Origin: a virus
Lineage: Duplodnaviria; Caudoviricetes
Direction: 5' to 3' (one strand)
DNA: 24,524 nucleotides
IMG/VR virus record: IMGVR_UViG_3300017784_001085
Span: 1 to 24,524 of that record
The notes beneath the pieces are model-generated. The model was not told the origin of the DNA, made no database searches, and saw nothing but the letters and a program-made list of their open reading frames with translations. Made by a program: the position numbers and the translations under genes. Of the stretch, positions 8,091 to 17,800 are shown one piece after another (position 1 is the stretch's first letter; every line of letters starts with the position of its first letter).

Positions 8091-8954
8091 ATGTCTACTC
8101 AAATCACTACGGCATTCGTCAGTCAGTTTTCCTCGAACGTCCAGATGCTCTCGCAGCAGATGGGTTCGCTGCTGCGCAATGCGGTAGACGTGGAAACCGT
8201 GAACGGCGAAAAAGCCTTCTTCGATCAGGTCGGTAGCGCTGCTGCTGTCCTGCGCACCTCGCGTCATGCGGACACCCCACTGATTGATACGCCGCATTCG
8301 CGTCGTATGGTCACCATGTCGGACTTCGAATATGCCGACCTGATTGACGATCAGGACAAGGTTCGTCTGCTTGTCGATCCGACATCGACCTACTCGCGTG
8401 CTGCTGCTGCAGCTATGGGTCGTGCAATGGACGATGTGGTCATCTCGGCTGCCCTTGGCACCGCGTTGACCGGCAAAGACGGCGGCACCTCAACCTCATT
8501 TGCCACTGCAACCAACCAGATCGCTGCTGGCGCTACTGGCTTGACGTTGGCAAAACTGATCCAGGCCAAGGAGATCCTTGACGCTGGTGACGTTGATCCG
8601 TCGATCCCGCGTTACATCGCGGTCTCGCCTAAGCAGATCTCAAACCTGCTAAACAGCACCACGGTTACCTCGTCGGACTTCAACACCGTCAAGGCTCTGG
8701 CGATGGGCGAAATCAACAGCTTTGTTGGTTTCAACTTTATCGTCACCAACCGCCTTGGTGTTGATGGTTCGTCTGCTCGCCGTGTCATCGCTTTTGCGAT
8801 GGACGGCATCAAGCTGGCTGTTGGCCGTGAGCCGACCGCACGTATTGATGAGCGTGCCGACAAGTCGTATGCGACCCAGATCTACTATGCGATGACGCTT
8901 GGCGCCACCCGCATGGAAGAGAAGAAGGTCGTTGAAATCCTCTGCACTGAATAA
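8091..8954 (+). CDS. Major capsid protein (BPP-1 Bbp17-like HK97 fold)
   Basis: MSTQITTAFVSQFSSNVQMLSQQMGS start, DTPHSRR, ADLIDDQDKVR, SSDFNTVKALAMG and GATRMEEKKVV; SD GGAG. Confidence 0.95.
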   Translation: MSTQITTAFVSQFSSNVQMLSQQMGSLLRNAVDVETVNGEKAFFDQVGSAAAVLRTSRHADTPLIDTPHSRRMVTMSDFEYADLIDDQDKVRLLVDPTSTYSRAAAAAMGRAMDDVVISAALGTALTGKDGGTSTSFATATNQIAAGATGLTLAKLIQAKEILDAGDVDPSIPRYIAVSPKQISNLLNSTTVTSSDFNTVKALAMGEINSFVGFNFIVTNRLGVDGSSARRVIAFAMDGIKLAVGREPTARIDERADKSYATQIYYAMTLGATRMEEKKVVEILCTE

Positions 8955-8965
8955 GGAGAAAAGCA

Positions 8966-9427
8966 ATGGCTACTGTTTTTTCTGCGCAACGCACGAACAC
9001 TCGTGCAAACCCGACCGTTAAGAACAAGGCCAACGAGCTTGGTGGCCGTGTTCGTGTTGCTCACGCAACGTACACTGCAGCCGCCTTGCCGAGTGCCGAC
9101 GTGATCGAACTTTTTGTGTTGCCTAACGGCGCGCGCTTGATCACCGGCTCTATGGCAAACGCCGCTTTGGGCGCATCGACCACCGTGTCGATCGGCTACG
9201 CAGCGTATAAAAGCTCCGCCAATGCCACAGTGGCCTTGTCTGCAGCCGCCTACCTGGCTGCTACCTCGACCTCGTCTGCGGCAAAAACCGACATCCTTGC
9301 CACCTTGGCGCTGGGTTCGGGTTCGGTGCTTGATGCTGACGCCAATGGCGTGACCATCACTGCAACGATCGGCGGCGCTGCCGCCACTGGCGCGCTTGAA
9401 GTCACGATCCTGTACGTTGTGGACTGA
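8966..9427 (+). CDS. Capsid cement/decoration protein (Bbp16-like position)
   Basis: SD TAAGGAG; small beta-rich Ala/Thr protein directly after the capsid gene and before the terminator. Confidence 0.75.
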   Translation: MATVFSAQRTNTRANPTVKNKANELGGRVRVAHATYTAAALPSADVIELFVLPNGARLITGSMANAALGASTTVSIGYAAYKSSANATVALSAAAYLAATSTSSAAKTDILATLALGSGSVLDADANGVTITATIGGAAATGALEVTILYVVD

Positions 9428-9434
9428 TAAACTG

Positions 9435-9464
9435 AGGGGGCAGGCAACTGCCCCCTTAACTCTT
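9435..9464 (+). terminator. Intrinsic terminator-like hairpin after the capsid/cement genes
   Basis: AGGGGGCAG-GCAA-CTGCCCCCT (GNRA loop) followed by a weak U tract (TAACTCTT), so probably leaky. Confidence 0.7.
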
Positions 9465-9477
9465 AAAGGGGCTACCG

Positions 9478-10083
9478 ATGACCAGCACAGTTGATATTGC
9501 GAACTACGCGCTCAACATGATCGGTGGTTCAAACATCTCTAGCCTTGATGAGAACAGCAAGGCAGGGCGCTTGGTCAACCAGCGCTATGAATCTGCCCGC
9601 GATGCTGTCTTTCGCTCACATCCTTGGAATTGCCTAATCCGCCGCGCTGAGCTGGCTCAAGAGACGCAAGCTCCTACGTTTGGATATTCCTACCAGTACG
9701 CGCTGCCGACTGACCCGTACTGCTTGCGGGTTCTTGAGTTTAGCAATGGCTCGCTGTCCTACCCGCAAGATAACATGTTCTCCAATCGCGGAGGCCCGGT
9801 GTTTGTCATTGAGGGTCGTAAGCTTCTGACAGACGAAGGCACGGCTCGGATCAAATATGTTGCGCGGGTAATTGACCCGCAGGAATACGATGCCAGCTTG
9901 GTTGAGGCTTTGGCTGCGCGTCTGGCGATGGAGATTGCTTATGCTGTCACTGGATCTACCACGGTTGTGCAGCTTGTGACCGCGATTTACGATGAGAAGT
10001 TGCGCGAGGCCCGGTTTGTTGACGCGACCGAAGGTGCGCCGCAAAAGCTTGAGGCAAGTGACTTTATCGAATCGAGGTTCTGA
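9478..10083 (+). CDS. Tail tubular protein A / adaptor (T7 gp11-like)
   Basis: VDIANYALNMIG, HPWNC, YQYALPTD and ALAARLA motifs; synteny. Confidence 0.9.
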   Translation: MTSTVDIANYALNMIGGSNISSLDENSKAGRLVNQRYESARDAVFRSHPWNCLIRRAELAQETQAPTFGYSYQYALPTDPYCLRVLEFSNGSLSYPQDNMFSNRGGPVFVIEGRKLLTDEGTARIKYVARVIDPQEYDASLVEALAARLAMEIAYAVTGSTTVVQLVTAIYDEKLREARFVDATEGAPQKLEASDFIESRF

Positions 10084-12086
10084 TGTCTCGTTCAGCACCG
10101 TCTTTTAGTTCATTCACTGCAGGCGAGATCTCGCCACGGCTTGAGGGCCAGATCTCTCTTGAGAAATACCGTCAGGGCTTGTCAGAGCTGACGAACATGG
10201 TGGTCATGCCGCATGGTGGCGTGACCCGCCGACCAGGCACTGAGTTCCTTGGAGAGGTCAAGAACAGCGCAGCCAAGGCTCGCCTGATCCCGTTTCAGTT
10301 CAAGACCAGTGACACCTACATCTTGGAGTTTGGGCCACAAACCATGCGGGTTTACCGCAATGGACTGCAGGTTCTGACCGGCTCGGCCAGGACGATCACT
10401 GCTGTGACGAATGCCAACCCTGGTGTGATCACTTCCAACTCTCACGGATTCAGCAATGGCGATGAAATCTACATTACTGGCGTTGGTGGCATGACGCAGT
10501 TGAATGACCGCAATTACATTGTGGCCAATGCGACAACCAACACCTTTACGCTGACCGATCTGTTCGGCGCGGCGATCGACACGACATCGTTCACCACGTT
10601 TACCTCGGGCGGAACGGCTGACAAAATTTACCAGATTTCAACCCCGTATGTTGAGGCCGATCTTTTCCAACTGCGGTATGCGCAATCGGCTGACACGATG
10701 TACATCGTGCATCCCAGCTATGACATCCGCGTACTGTCGCGCACTGGATCTGCGGCATGGACGCTATCCACTGCAACGATTATTGGCTCACCTACTCCTG
10801 CACTTAGTGGCTCAGACAACCGCCCTAGTGTGGTGACCTTTTTTGAGCAACGCTTGGTGTTCGGAAACACCAACAACAACCCGCAGACGCTGTGGTTCTC
10901 AAAGAGTAGCAACTATCTGAACTTCACGGTTGGCACGGCTGCTGATGACGCGCTTATCTACACAATCGCCTCCAACCAGGTGAACGCGATCCGCTATCTA
11001 TCGGCCACCAGAGTTTTGACCCTTGGCACCTCTGGCGGAGAATATGTCGTGACGGCCACCAGCGATGGGCCTGTGACACCGACCACGACACTGATCCGTA
11101 AATACTCAAACTACGGCACGGCACCGATCGAACCTGTGCAGGTTGCCGACGTGACGCTATTTCTGCAACGCGGCAGCCGCAAGATCAGAGAATTCAAATA
11201 CGTTGGTGACGTCAACGCGGATGCCTATCAGGCGCCCGACATGTCGATCTTGGCCGAGCATATCACTGGGGCTGGCATCACGCAGTTTGCCTACCAGCAA
11301 GAGCCTGACAGCATCATTTGGATGGTGCGGAGTGAAGGCACGCTCGTCGGTATGACATACCGCCGCGAGGAGGAGGTGGTTGCGTTTCACAAACATGTGA
11401 TCGGCGGCACCTTCAGCGGTGGCCAAGCGGTTGTTGAAAGCGTTGCCACGCTGCCGACCGATTCTGGCGAAGACGAGCTGTACATGGTCGTCAAGCGCAC
11501 GATCAATGGTGTGACCAAGCGTTACATTGAGCTGATGAAGCCTTTCAGCTTTGGCGGCGTGACCACCGGCGCTTTCTTTGTGGACAGTGGCCTGGCCTAC
11601 AGTGGCACTTCTGTGACAAGCCTGTCTGGTCTGCATCACCTGCAGGGCGAAACGGTGTCAATTCTGGCCAACGGCGCAAGCCACCAGGACAAGACGGTGG
11701 CTAATGGCGCTGTCAGCCTGAATGTTTCCACCACGGTTGCCGCTATCGGCTATGGCTACACCAGCGTGATGGAGACCTTGCGCTTAGAGGCCGGATCTTC
11801 TGACGGCACGAGCCAAGGCAAGCCCAAGCGCATCCACGCCATTACGGTCCGGCTGCATCAGACGGTCGGCGCTGAGATCGGAAGCGGCTCGGACAAACTT
11901 AATCGTATCTACTTCCGCGACAGCTCCATGCCAATGGACCAGGCTGTGCCGCTGTTCACTGGCGACAAGGATATTGAGTTCGAAGGCGGCTTTGACGATG
12001 ACGATCGCATCTATGCACGGCAAACTCAGCCGCTTCCACTAACGGTTCTTGCGCTATTCCCGCGCCTGAACACCTTCGACAAATGA
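10083..12086 (+). CDS. Tail tubular protein B / nozzle (T7 gp12-like) with inserted FCCH-like beta domain
   Basis: SFTAGEISPRL, GGVTRRPGT, YAQSADTMY, FFEQRLVFG and DMSILAEHIT; insertion ITAVTNANPGVIT...HGFSNGD...GMTQLN. Confidence 0.92.
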   Translation: MSRSAPSFSSFTAGEISPRLEGQISLEKYRQGLSELTNMVVMPHGGVTRRPGTEFLGEVKNSAAKARLIPFQFKTSDTYILEFGPQTMRVYRNGLQVLTGSARTITAVTNANPGVITSNSHGFSNGDEIYITGVGGMTQLNDRNYIVANATTNTFTLTDLFGAAIDTTSFTTFTSGGTADKIYQISTPYVEADLFQLRYAQSADTMYIVHPSYDIRVLSRTGSAAWTLSTATIIGSPTPALSGSDNRPSVVTFFEQRLVFGNTNNNPQTLWFSKSSNYLNFTVGTAADDALIYTIASNQVNAIRYLSATRVLTLGTSGGEYVVTATSDGPVTPTTTLIRKYSNYGTAPIEPVQVADVTLFLQRGSRKIREFKYVGDVNADAYQAPDMSILAEHITGAGITQFAYQQEPDSIIWMVRSEGTLVGMTYRREEEVVAFHKHVIGGTFSGGQAVVESVATLPTDSGEDELYMVVKRTINGVTKRYIELMKPFSFGGVTTGAFFVDSGLAYSGTSVTSLSGLHHLQGETVSILANGASHQDKTVANGAVSLNVSTTVAAIGYGYTSVMETLRLEAGSSDGTSQGKPKRIHAITVRLHQTVGAEIGSGSDKLNRIYFRDSSMPMDQAVPLFTGDKDIEFEGGFDDDDRIYARQTQPLPLTVLALFPRLNTFDK

Positions 12087-12094
12087 GGTGAGTG

Positions 12095-12622
12095 ATGTCT
12101 TTGTTCGGGCTAATCTCTCTAGGGGCATCGCTTCTCGGCGGCGCATCGCAAAAACGTGCCTCTGACCGTGCTGCCGCTGAGGCGAAAAAAATTGGTGAGT
12201 TCAACGCTAAAATCATTGAACGCGACATCGATCTGCTTGAACGCCAGCGCCAGATCTTTAATGCAAACTTCGTAACCCAAACTGAGCGCAGCAAGAGATC
12301 ATTTGAGCGGGATGTGCAAGGCTCCGTGCGTGCCGGTTTCGGCTCTGCCGGCATCGACATCTCGCAAGGCTCTCCGATGCAAATACTTCGTGAGAATGCT
12401 CGCGAATTCCAGTATGAACAGGATGTGGCCGAGTTCAATAGCAAGATCGTTAATATGCAGATTACCGACCAGCAGGAAAATGCGCGACTTAATGCGAAGA
12501 TGTCTCGCATGGAAGGCAGTGCGCAGGCTGCAGGCCTACGCGCACAGGGGACTGCCAGCTTGATCAGTTCCATTGGTCAAGCCGCCCAAATTGGCTATGA
12601 ATACAAGTTTTTTGGGGGCTAA
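12095..12622 (+). CDS. Internal virion (ejection) protein, T7 gp14-like
   Basis: Hydrophobic Gly-rich N-terminus, Q/A-rich helices, GSAGIDISQGSP motif. SD GAGGT; alternative GTG start at 12092. Confidence 0.75.
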   Translation: MSLFGLISLGASLLGGASQKRASDRAAAEAKKIGEFNAKIIERDIDLLERQRQIFNANFVTQTERSKRSFERDVQGSVRAGFGSAGIDISQGSPMQILRENAREFQYEQDVAEFNSKIVNMQITDQQENARLNAKMSRMEGSAQAAGLRAQGTASLISSIGQAAQIGYEYKFFGG

Positions 12623-12625
12623 TCC

Positions 12626-14842
12626 ATGCGCATTCCAGTCTTCCGTTCTGAAGCTCAAGCTACTAGCGAGGCGCCAGGGTCACGCATTACGGCGCGAATG
12701 AACGCAGCGCCTTTTATCCAGGCTGCTTTGAGCAAGGGCGATGTTTTAACTGAGGCCGTCAATCAGGTTGGTGAGTATGCGCTGATGCGTGCCAAGGCTG
12801 ATGCTGAAGTCCAGTACAGCGAGGCCATGCTTGCAGCCGACGAAGAGATGCGCGTTCTTGCGGAAGACTTCAGCAAGACCGGTCGGCTTGAAGATGTCAT
12901 TAATGAAAATGGTGCATGGCGCACCAGAACCAAAGACATCCGCGATCGCCTGGCTGACAATCTGTCCAGCCGATCAATGACAGATGCCTTTAACTCACGC
13001 TTTAGTCAGCAAGAGTTGACGCTGCGTTTCCAACTGCGCGACTCAATTCAGTCGCGGATGGAGCGCCAAATTGGCGAGGCTCGTGCGCAAAGGATAAAGA
13101 GCGCTGAAGACAGCATTGCTAATGGAACAGACATTGGCATGTTGAACATGGTGCTGACTGGCGTAGGAGTTGACACAAATCGGCTTGAGCAATTCGGCCT
13201 TGGCAATCCAGAAGCCCTCAAGGCTCAAGAGTATAGCCTCCTTAAAGACGGCACGACCCGTGCCGCGATCAAATATATTGAAGAGCAAGATCTGTCGATC
13301 GCTGCGGCGAGCCGGCTTCACGAGGCTTTGAAGACAGACGACCCGTCAAAGATCCCTGACGCTCGTGGCCTCTATGTTTACAGCCTGATGCAGAAACTAG
13401 ACCCGGTTGATCGGGTGTCTATTCTGAAGACTGTCAACGGCCTTTCGGAATATGTGAACGGCCCGACCCTAGAACAAGAGCAGTTTCAGCTTCGTACACA
13501 GGGTGCGTTCAAAGAAACCAAACAATCAATCTCCTCGGCTGTCTCTACCCTTAAAAGTGGTGGGACTATTCCAGATGCTGAATGGGCGCAAGTCGGCTCT
13601 GTCATCAGTTCCGCTAGGGATGCGGGAATAGATCCTGGCTTGGTGGCTGCAGTCGAAACTCAGTATCAGGACGCCTCGTTCCTTCGCGACCTGTCCAACG
13701 AAGTGAAAATTGCTACGCCGCTTCAGGTACAGAATATCCTGACCGATCTGGAAAGCGGCACAACATTTGGCGCGGCAGGTCTTGATACAAACCGCGAGCA
13801 AATCGCAACTGATTTCTTGAGATCCTTCAAGGACAATATGCAAAAGGCCATCACTCAGGATGGAGGCTTGTCATGGGGCAACCAAAATGGTCAGGTCAGA
13901 TTGCAGCCGATTGACACCTCGTTTGCTCAGCCTATGCCAGAGTTGGCCCAGGCACGGATCAATGATGCAATGAAGGTTCGCGATCTATACCGCCCAACGC
14001 CGATCGGAATCCCATCCGCAACACCTGTTTTCTTGCTGCAGGCTGAGCGTGATCAGGTCGCAGCAAACTTTAATGCGGCTTCCCCAGTGCAAAAGCTTCA
14101 GATGATCTCAAACATCAATCAGAGCTTTGGTGGATATGCTCCTTCTGTCATTGCTGAGATCGCGCCAAAGGTTCCGGCGATGGGGCATGTCGCCGGTCTT
14201 TTGAGCGACGGCCAGGGGGCTACGGCTGAGATGGTTGTCACCGGCCTTACGTTGCTTGCGGCTGGCAACAAACCAGGTGGCGCCACTCCGGAGATGACTG
14301 AGCCTTTCGTGCGCGAAATCGTTTCGTCGTCTCTGTCGTTTTTGCCTGAAAGTGTGAACGCGCAACTCACCGCCGCATTGAATGAATCGGCTATGGCGCA
14401 CTACACAGGAGAAGCCAGTCGGCGCGGTGTAGTCGATTTTGATCCTGACCTCTGGCAGAAATCGGTCTTGGCTGTGACGGGCTACAACAACGCAACTGGA
14501 CGCGGTGGCATTCAAGAGGTTCGCGGCATTCAGACCATGTTGCCGCCGACGATGACTGCAGATGACGCAGAAAACCTACTGTCTAGGCTTGACACCAAAG
14601 GAGCCTATCGTCCTGTCCCCTGGAACAAAGACTTGCTCATCGACACAGATACATCTGAAATGCTTGCAGAGGCATCTGATGATGATGAGTACAAGGCAAT
14701 GGTCTTTGGCAAAGACGAGCAAGGGCGTCAGGTTTACGCTCTCACCTACGGCCAGTATGGCGATAATTCGTTTGCTGTTATGATTGACGGAAGAGGCGAT
14801 ACGATCACGTTCACCTTCGAAGATCTGATGGAGCTTGAATAA
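12626..14842 (+). CDS. Internal virion (ejection) protein, T7 gp15-like position
   Basis: MRIPVF start, long alpha-helical 738-aa ORF, synteny. Confidence 0.75.
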   Translation: MRIPVFRSEAQATSEAPGSRITARMNAAPFIQAALSKGDVLTEAVNQVGEYALMRAKADAEVQYSEAMLAADEEMRVLAEDFSKTGRLEDVINENGAWRTRTKDIRDRLADNLSSRSMTDAFNSRFSQQELTLRFQLRDSIQSRMERQIGEARAQRIKSAEDSIANGTDIGMLNMVLTGVGVDTNRLEQFGLGNPEALKAQEYSLLKDGTTRAAIKYIEEQDLSIAAASRLHEALKTDDPSKIPDARGLYVYSLMQKLDPVDRVSILKTVNGLSEYVNGPTLEQEQFQLRTQGAFKETKQSISSAVSTLKSGGTIPDAEWAQVGSVISSARDAGIDPGLVAAVETQYQDASFLRDLSNEVKIATPLQVQNILTDLESGTTFGAAGLDTNREQIATDFLRSFKDNMQKAITQDGGLSWGNQNGQVRLQPIDTSFAQPMPELAQARINDAMKVRDLYRPTPIGIPSATPVFLLQAERDQVAANFNAASPVQKLQMISNINQSFGGYAPSVIAEIAPKVPAMGHVAGLLSDGQGATAEMVVTGLTLLAAGNKPGGATPEMTEPFVREIVSSSLSFLPESVNAQLTAALNESAMAHYTGEASRRGVVDFDPDLWQKSVLAVTGYNNATGRGGIQEVRGIQTMLPPTMTADDAENLLSRLDTKGAYRPVPWNKDLLIDTDTSEMLAEASDDDEYKAMVFGKDEQGRQVYALTYGQYGDNSFAVMIDGRGDTITFTFEDLMELE

Positions 14843-17800
14843 TGGGGATCATTCCGTCCCAGCCAGATCCACTAGCAATTGGTTCGTTCCCAACCAGGGG
14901 CAAGCCGATCGGTGAGCTGTCTGAAAATTTATCTATGGCTTTTAAGTCTGGTGTGGCAACTGGGCGCCAAGGCTTGATCTCGGGCCTTCGCAGCTCATTA
15001 GATCCAGTGGTCGAGCAAATCCGATCGGTAACGGGTGAGGACTTCTACAACCCTGCGATCTATATGGACACCGGCATATTATCTGCGCCTCATAGTTCCG
15101 ATACGCGAGAAGATAGATATAAATTTGAGCTTAGAAAAATTCAGAAATACGTTTCTGATAACAAGGACAAGTTTGATGCAGATTTTGTAACGCGCATCAC
15201 CGATCCGAAGTTTGACTTCAATTTGCGGAAAGGTGTCATTGAAGACGCGATAAGTACGATGGAAGAGGCCGATGAGCTTTTTGGTCGGTCTCCTGGAGCC
15301 GGCAACTACATGGCGCAGTTTGTCGGTGGAGCGGGGGCTGCGATCGTAGATCCCGTCAATCTCGAATCTATGTTGATTGGCGGCGCTGCCAAAAACCTGT
15401 GGAGCCTTGCGACGCAAGAGGCTCTAATTGGGGCAACCATCGAAGGCATCCAGCAGCCTGAGATTGCTGAATGGTATGCAACTCTGGGCCTTGAATACAC
15501 GTCTGAAGACTTTTTCACCAATGTTGGTCTTGCAGCGGTTGGAGGCGCGGCAATCCCGGTTGCTATCGCCGGCGCTAATCGTGGGGTATCCTTCACTATT
15601 AACCAAGCAAAATCTGGCATTGCAGCCCTGCGCAAGTCTGGTGTCAAGCTGTCGCCGGAAGCTGAGACGCTATTGCTCAAAGCGCAAAACGCGGAAGATC
15701 TTGCAGCGGCAAATCCGCTGACCTCTTCGGCAAAAGGTCAAGCCGAGCATAAGGCACGCGTGTCTGATGCAATTGCTGCTGTTGAGGCCAACCAGCCGCC
15801 AGCGATCTCGAACCAGCCTCAGACGCCACCAGCCCCAGCCAAATCGATTGACGCATACGACAACCTTGATGGCGTCATCTTCAAGTTTAACCCAGACGAG
15901 ATCGAAATCGATGCTGAGACGTTCCAGTTCAAGGCTGGTGGCGATGCTTTCGGCGTGACCGAACGTCTGCAGGGGGTCACCACTTGGGACCCAATCAAAG
16001 CGGGAAACGTCACCATCTACGAATACGCTGATGGTAGTAAGTTTATCGCAGACGGCCACCAGCGCGTTGGTCTGGCAAAGCGCATCAAGGCTTCTGACCC
16101 AAGCCAAAATGTTGTGATGTACGGCATGAAACTGAGAGAGGTTGATGGCGTCAGCCCTCAAGAGGCAATGGTGATTGCCGCACTCAAGAACATCTCTGAA
16201 GGCACCGGAACGGCAATCGATGCTGCCAAGGTCTTGCGCACGGCGCCTGGTCGCGTCACCGAGCTGCCGCCGCGCTCGCCGTTTGTACGGCAGGCCCGTG
16301 AGCTGACCAACCTAAGCGATGAGGCCTGGGGCATGGTGCGCAATGAGGTCGTCCCGTCAAACTATGCCGCCATTGTTGGAAGGCTGGCATCAAGCGACCC
16401 TGACATGCAGACAGCAGCGATGGGTGTTCTGGCGAAAGCAGATCCTGCCAATGAGTTTCAGGCCGAGGCGATCGTGCGCCAGGTCATGGCGACACCGATC
16501 TCTCGTGAGATGCAGGAAAACTTGTTTGGCGAAGAGATGGTGGTTGAAAGTCTGTTTGCAGAACGGGCTAAGATCCTAGATCGCGCACAGAAGCAGCTCC
16601 GCAAAGATCTTTCTACGTTCAAAAACCTAGTAGAGAACCAGTCTCGGATCGAAGGCGAGGGCAACCAGCTTGCCACCGAGTCAAACCAGAAAAGGATTAA
16701 TGAAGATGGCACCGCAATTGCCTTCCTCCAAAGCCAAGCCAACCGAAAAGGTGCAATCGCAGATGCGCTCAACGCCGCCGCTCGAGGCGCAAAATCCACT
16801 GGGAATATCGCCTCGGCTACTCGAAATTTCGTCGAGTCTGTCAGACGAGCAATTGACTCGGGCGACTATGACAGCGCAGCGATTAGTGATGCAGGAAGCA
16901 ATATCAATGTTGCAGCGCCGGAACGCTCAGTACGAAATAGCATTGAGCAAGAACAGTTAGACTCTTTTGACGATCCAGGTGGATCTGGCGCTGAAGACCA
17001 GGCGCGTGTCTTCGAGCAGGACTTCTTCCAAGAGATGCAAGCGCTCTTGCCGCCTCAGTTCGATGTTGCTGCCACTATCAGCTCTATGGTGGCTGGGGTC
17101 GATCGTGTCCTCATCAGCGGCCCGTCTCTCAGCAAGATCCAGCTTGATGAGCTGGCATCTAATCTGAAGGCCACACAGCCATACGACACTCTTGACACTC
17201 TAATGGTGGCGGCGGCTCGCAACCATGCGGAGTTGAACGATGCGGCGCAAACAGCCGCACGCGACCTTGGCATGGAGTTTGAGTCGGCACCTCTCAAGAA
17301 GGCCAAGCGGACGCAAGAAAAAGTCGAAGACAAGTACGCCGGCAACTATCGCAAGATTGCCGATGTCGCCCGTACCGGCATCACAGCCCGCACGTTTGAT
17401 GAGGCTGAAAACTTTGTTGCAGCTCTGGCGGCCAAGTTTCACCTAGTTGATGAGGGATGGTCGGTCACGCCTGTTGGCTACTTCGACCGCAAGATCATGG
17501 TGCGCTTTGATGACGGGCAGCTAGGCGAGATCCAAATCTGGCCGCCTGGTATGCGTGACGCCAAGAGCGACGAAGGCGGCGGCGGCCACAAGCTATATGA
17601 AATCTCGCGCGATCCGCTGCAGTCGATCGAAGATCGCCTGGCCGCTGAAGCCAAGATGATTGAGCTGTATGGCAACGTGCAAGCTACGCTTGATCCGTCG
17701 TTCGCTCAGAAGATTGGGGTCGGTGCGCCGCGTGATGCTAAAGCATCTGCAGCCTCTGTGGCTGAAAGCTCTACAGCTCTTTCGTCAGCCAATATCTCAA

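Noticed and set aside
8920-8966. T7 10A/10B-style frameshift or readthrough joining capsid and the next gene
   Set aside because: No slippery heptamer near the capsid stop, and the downstream gene has its own strong SD (TAAGGAG).
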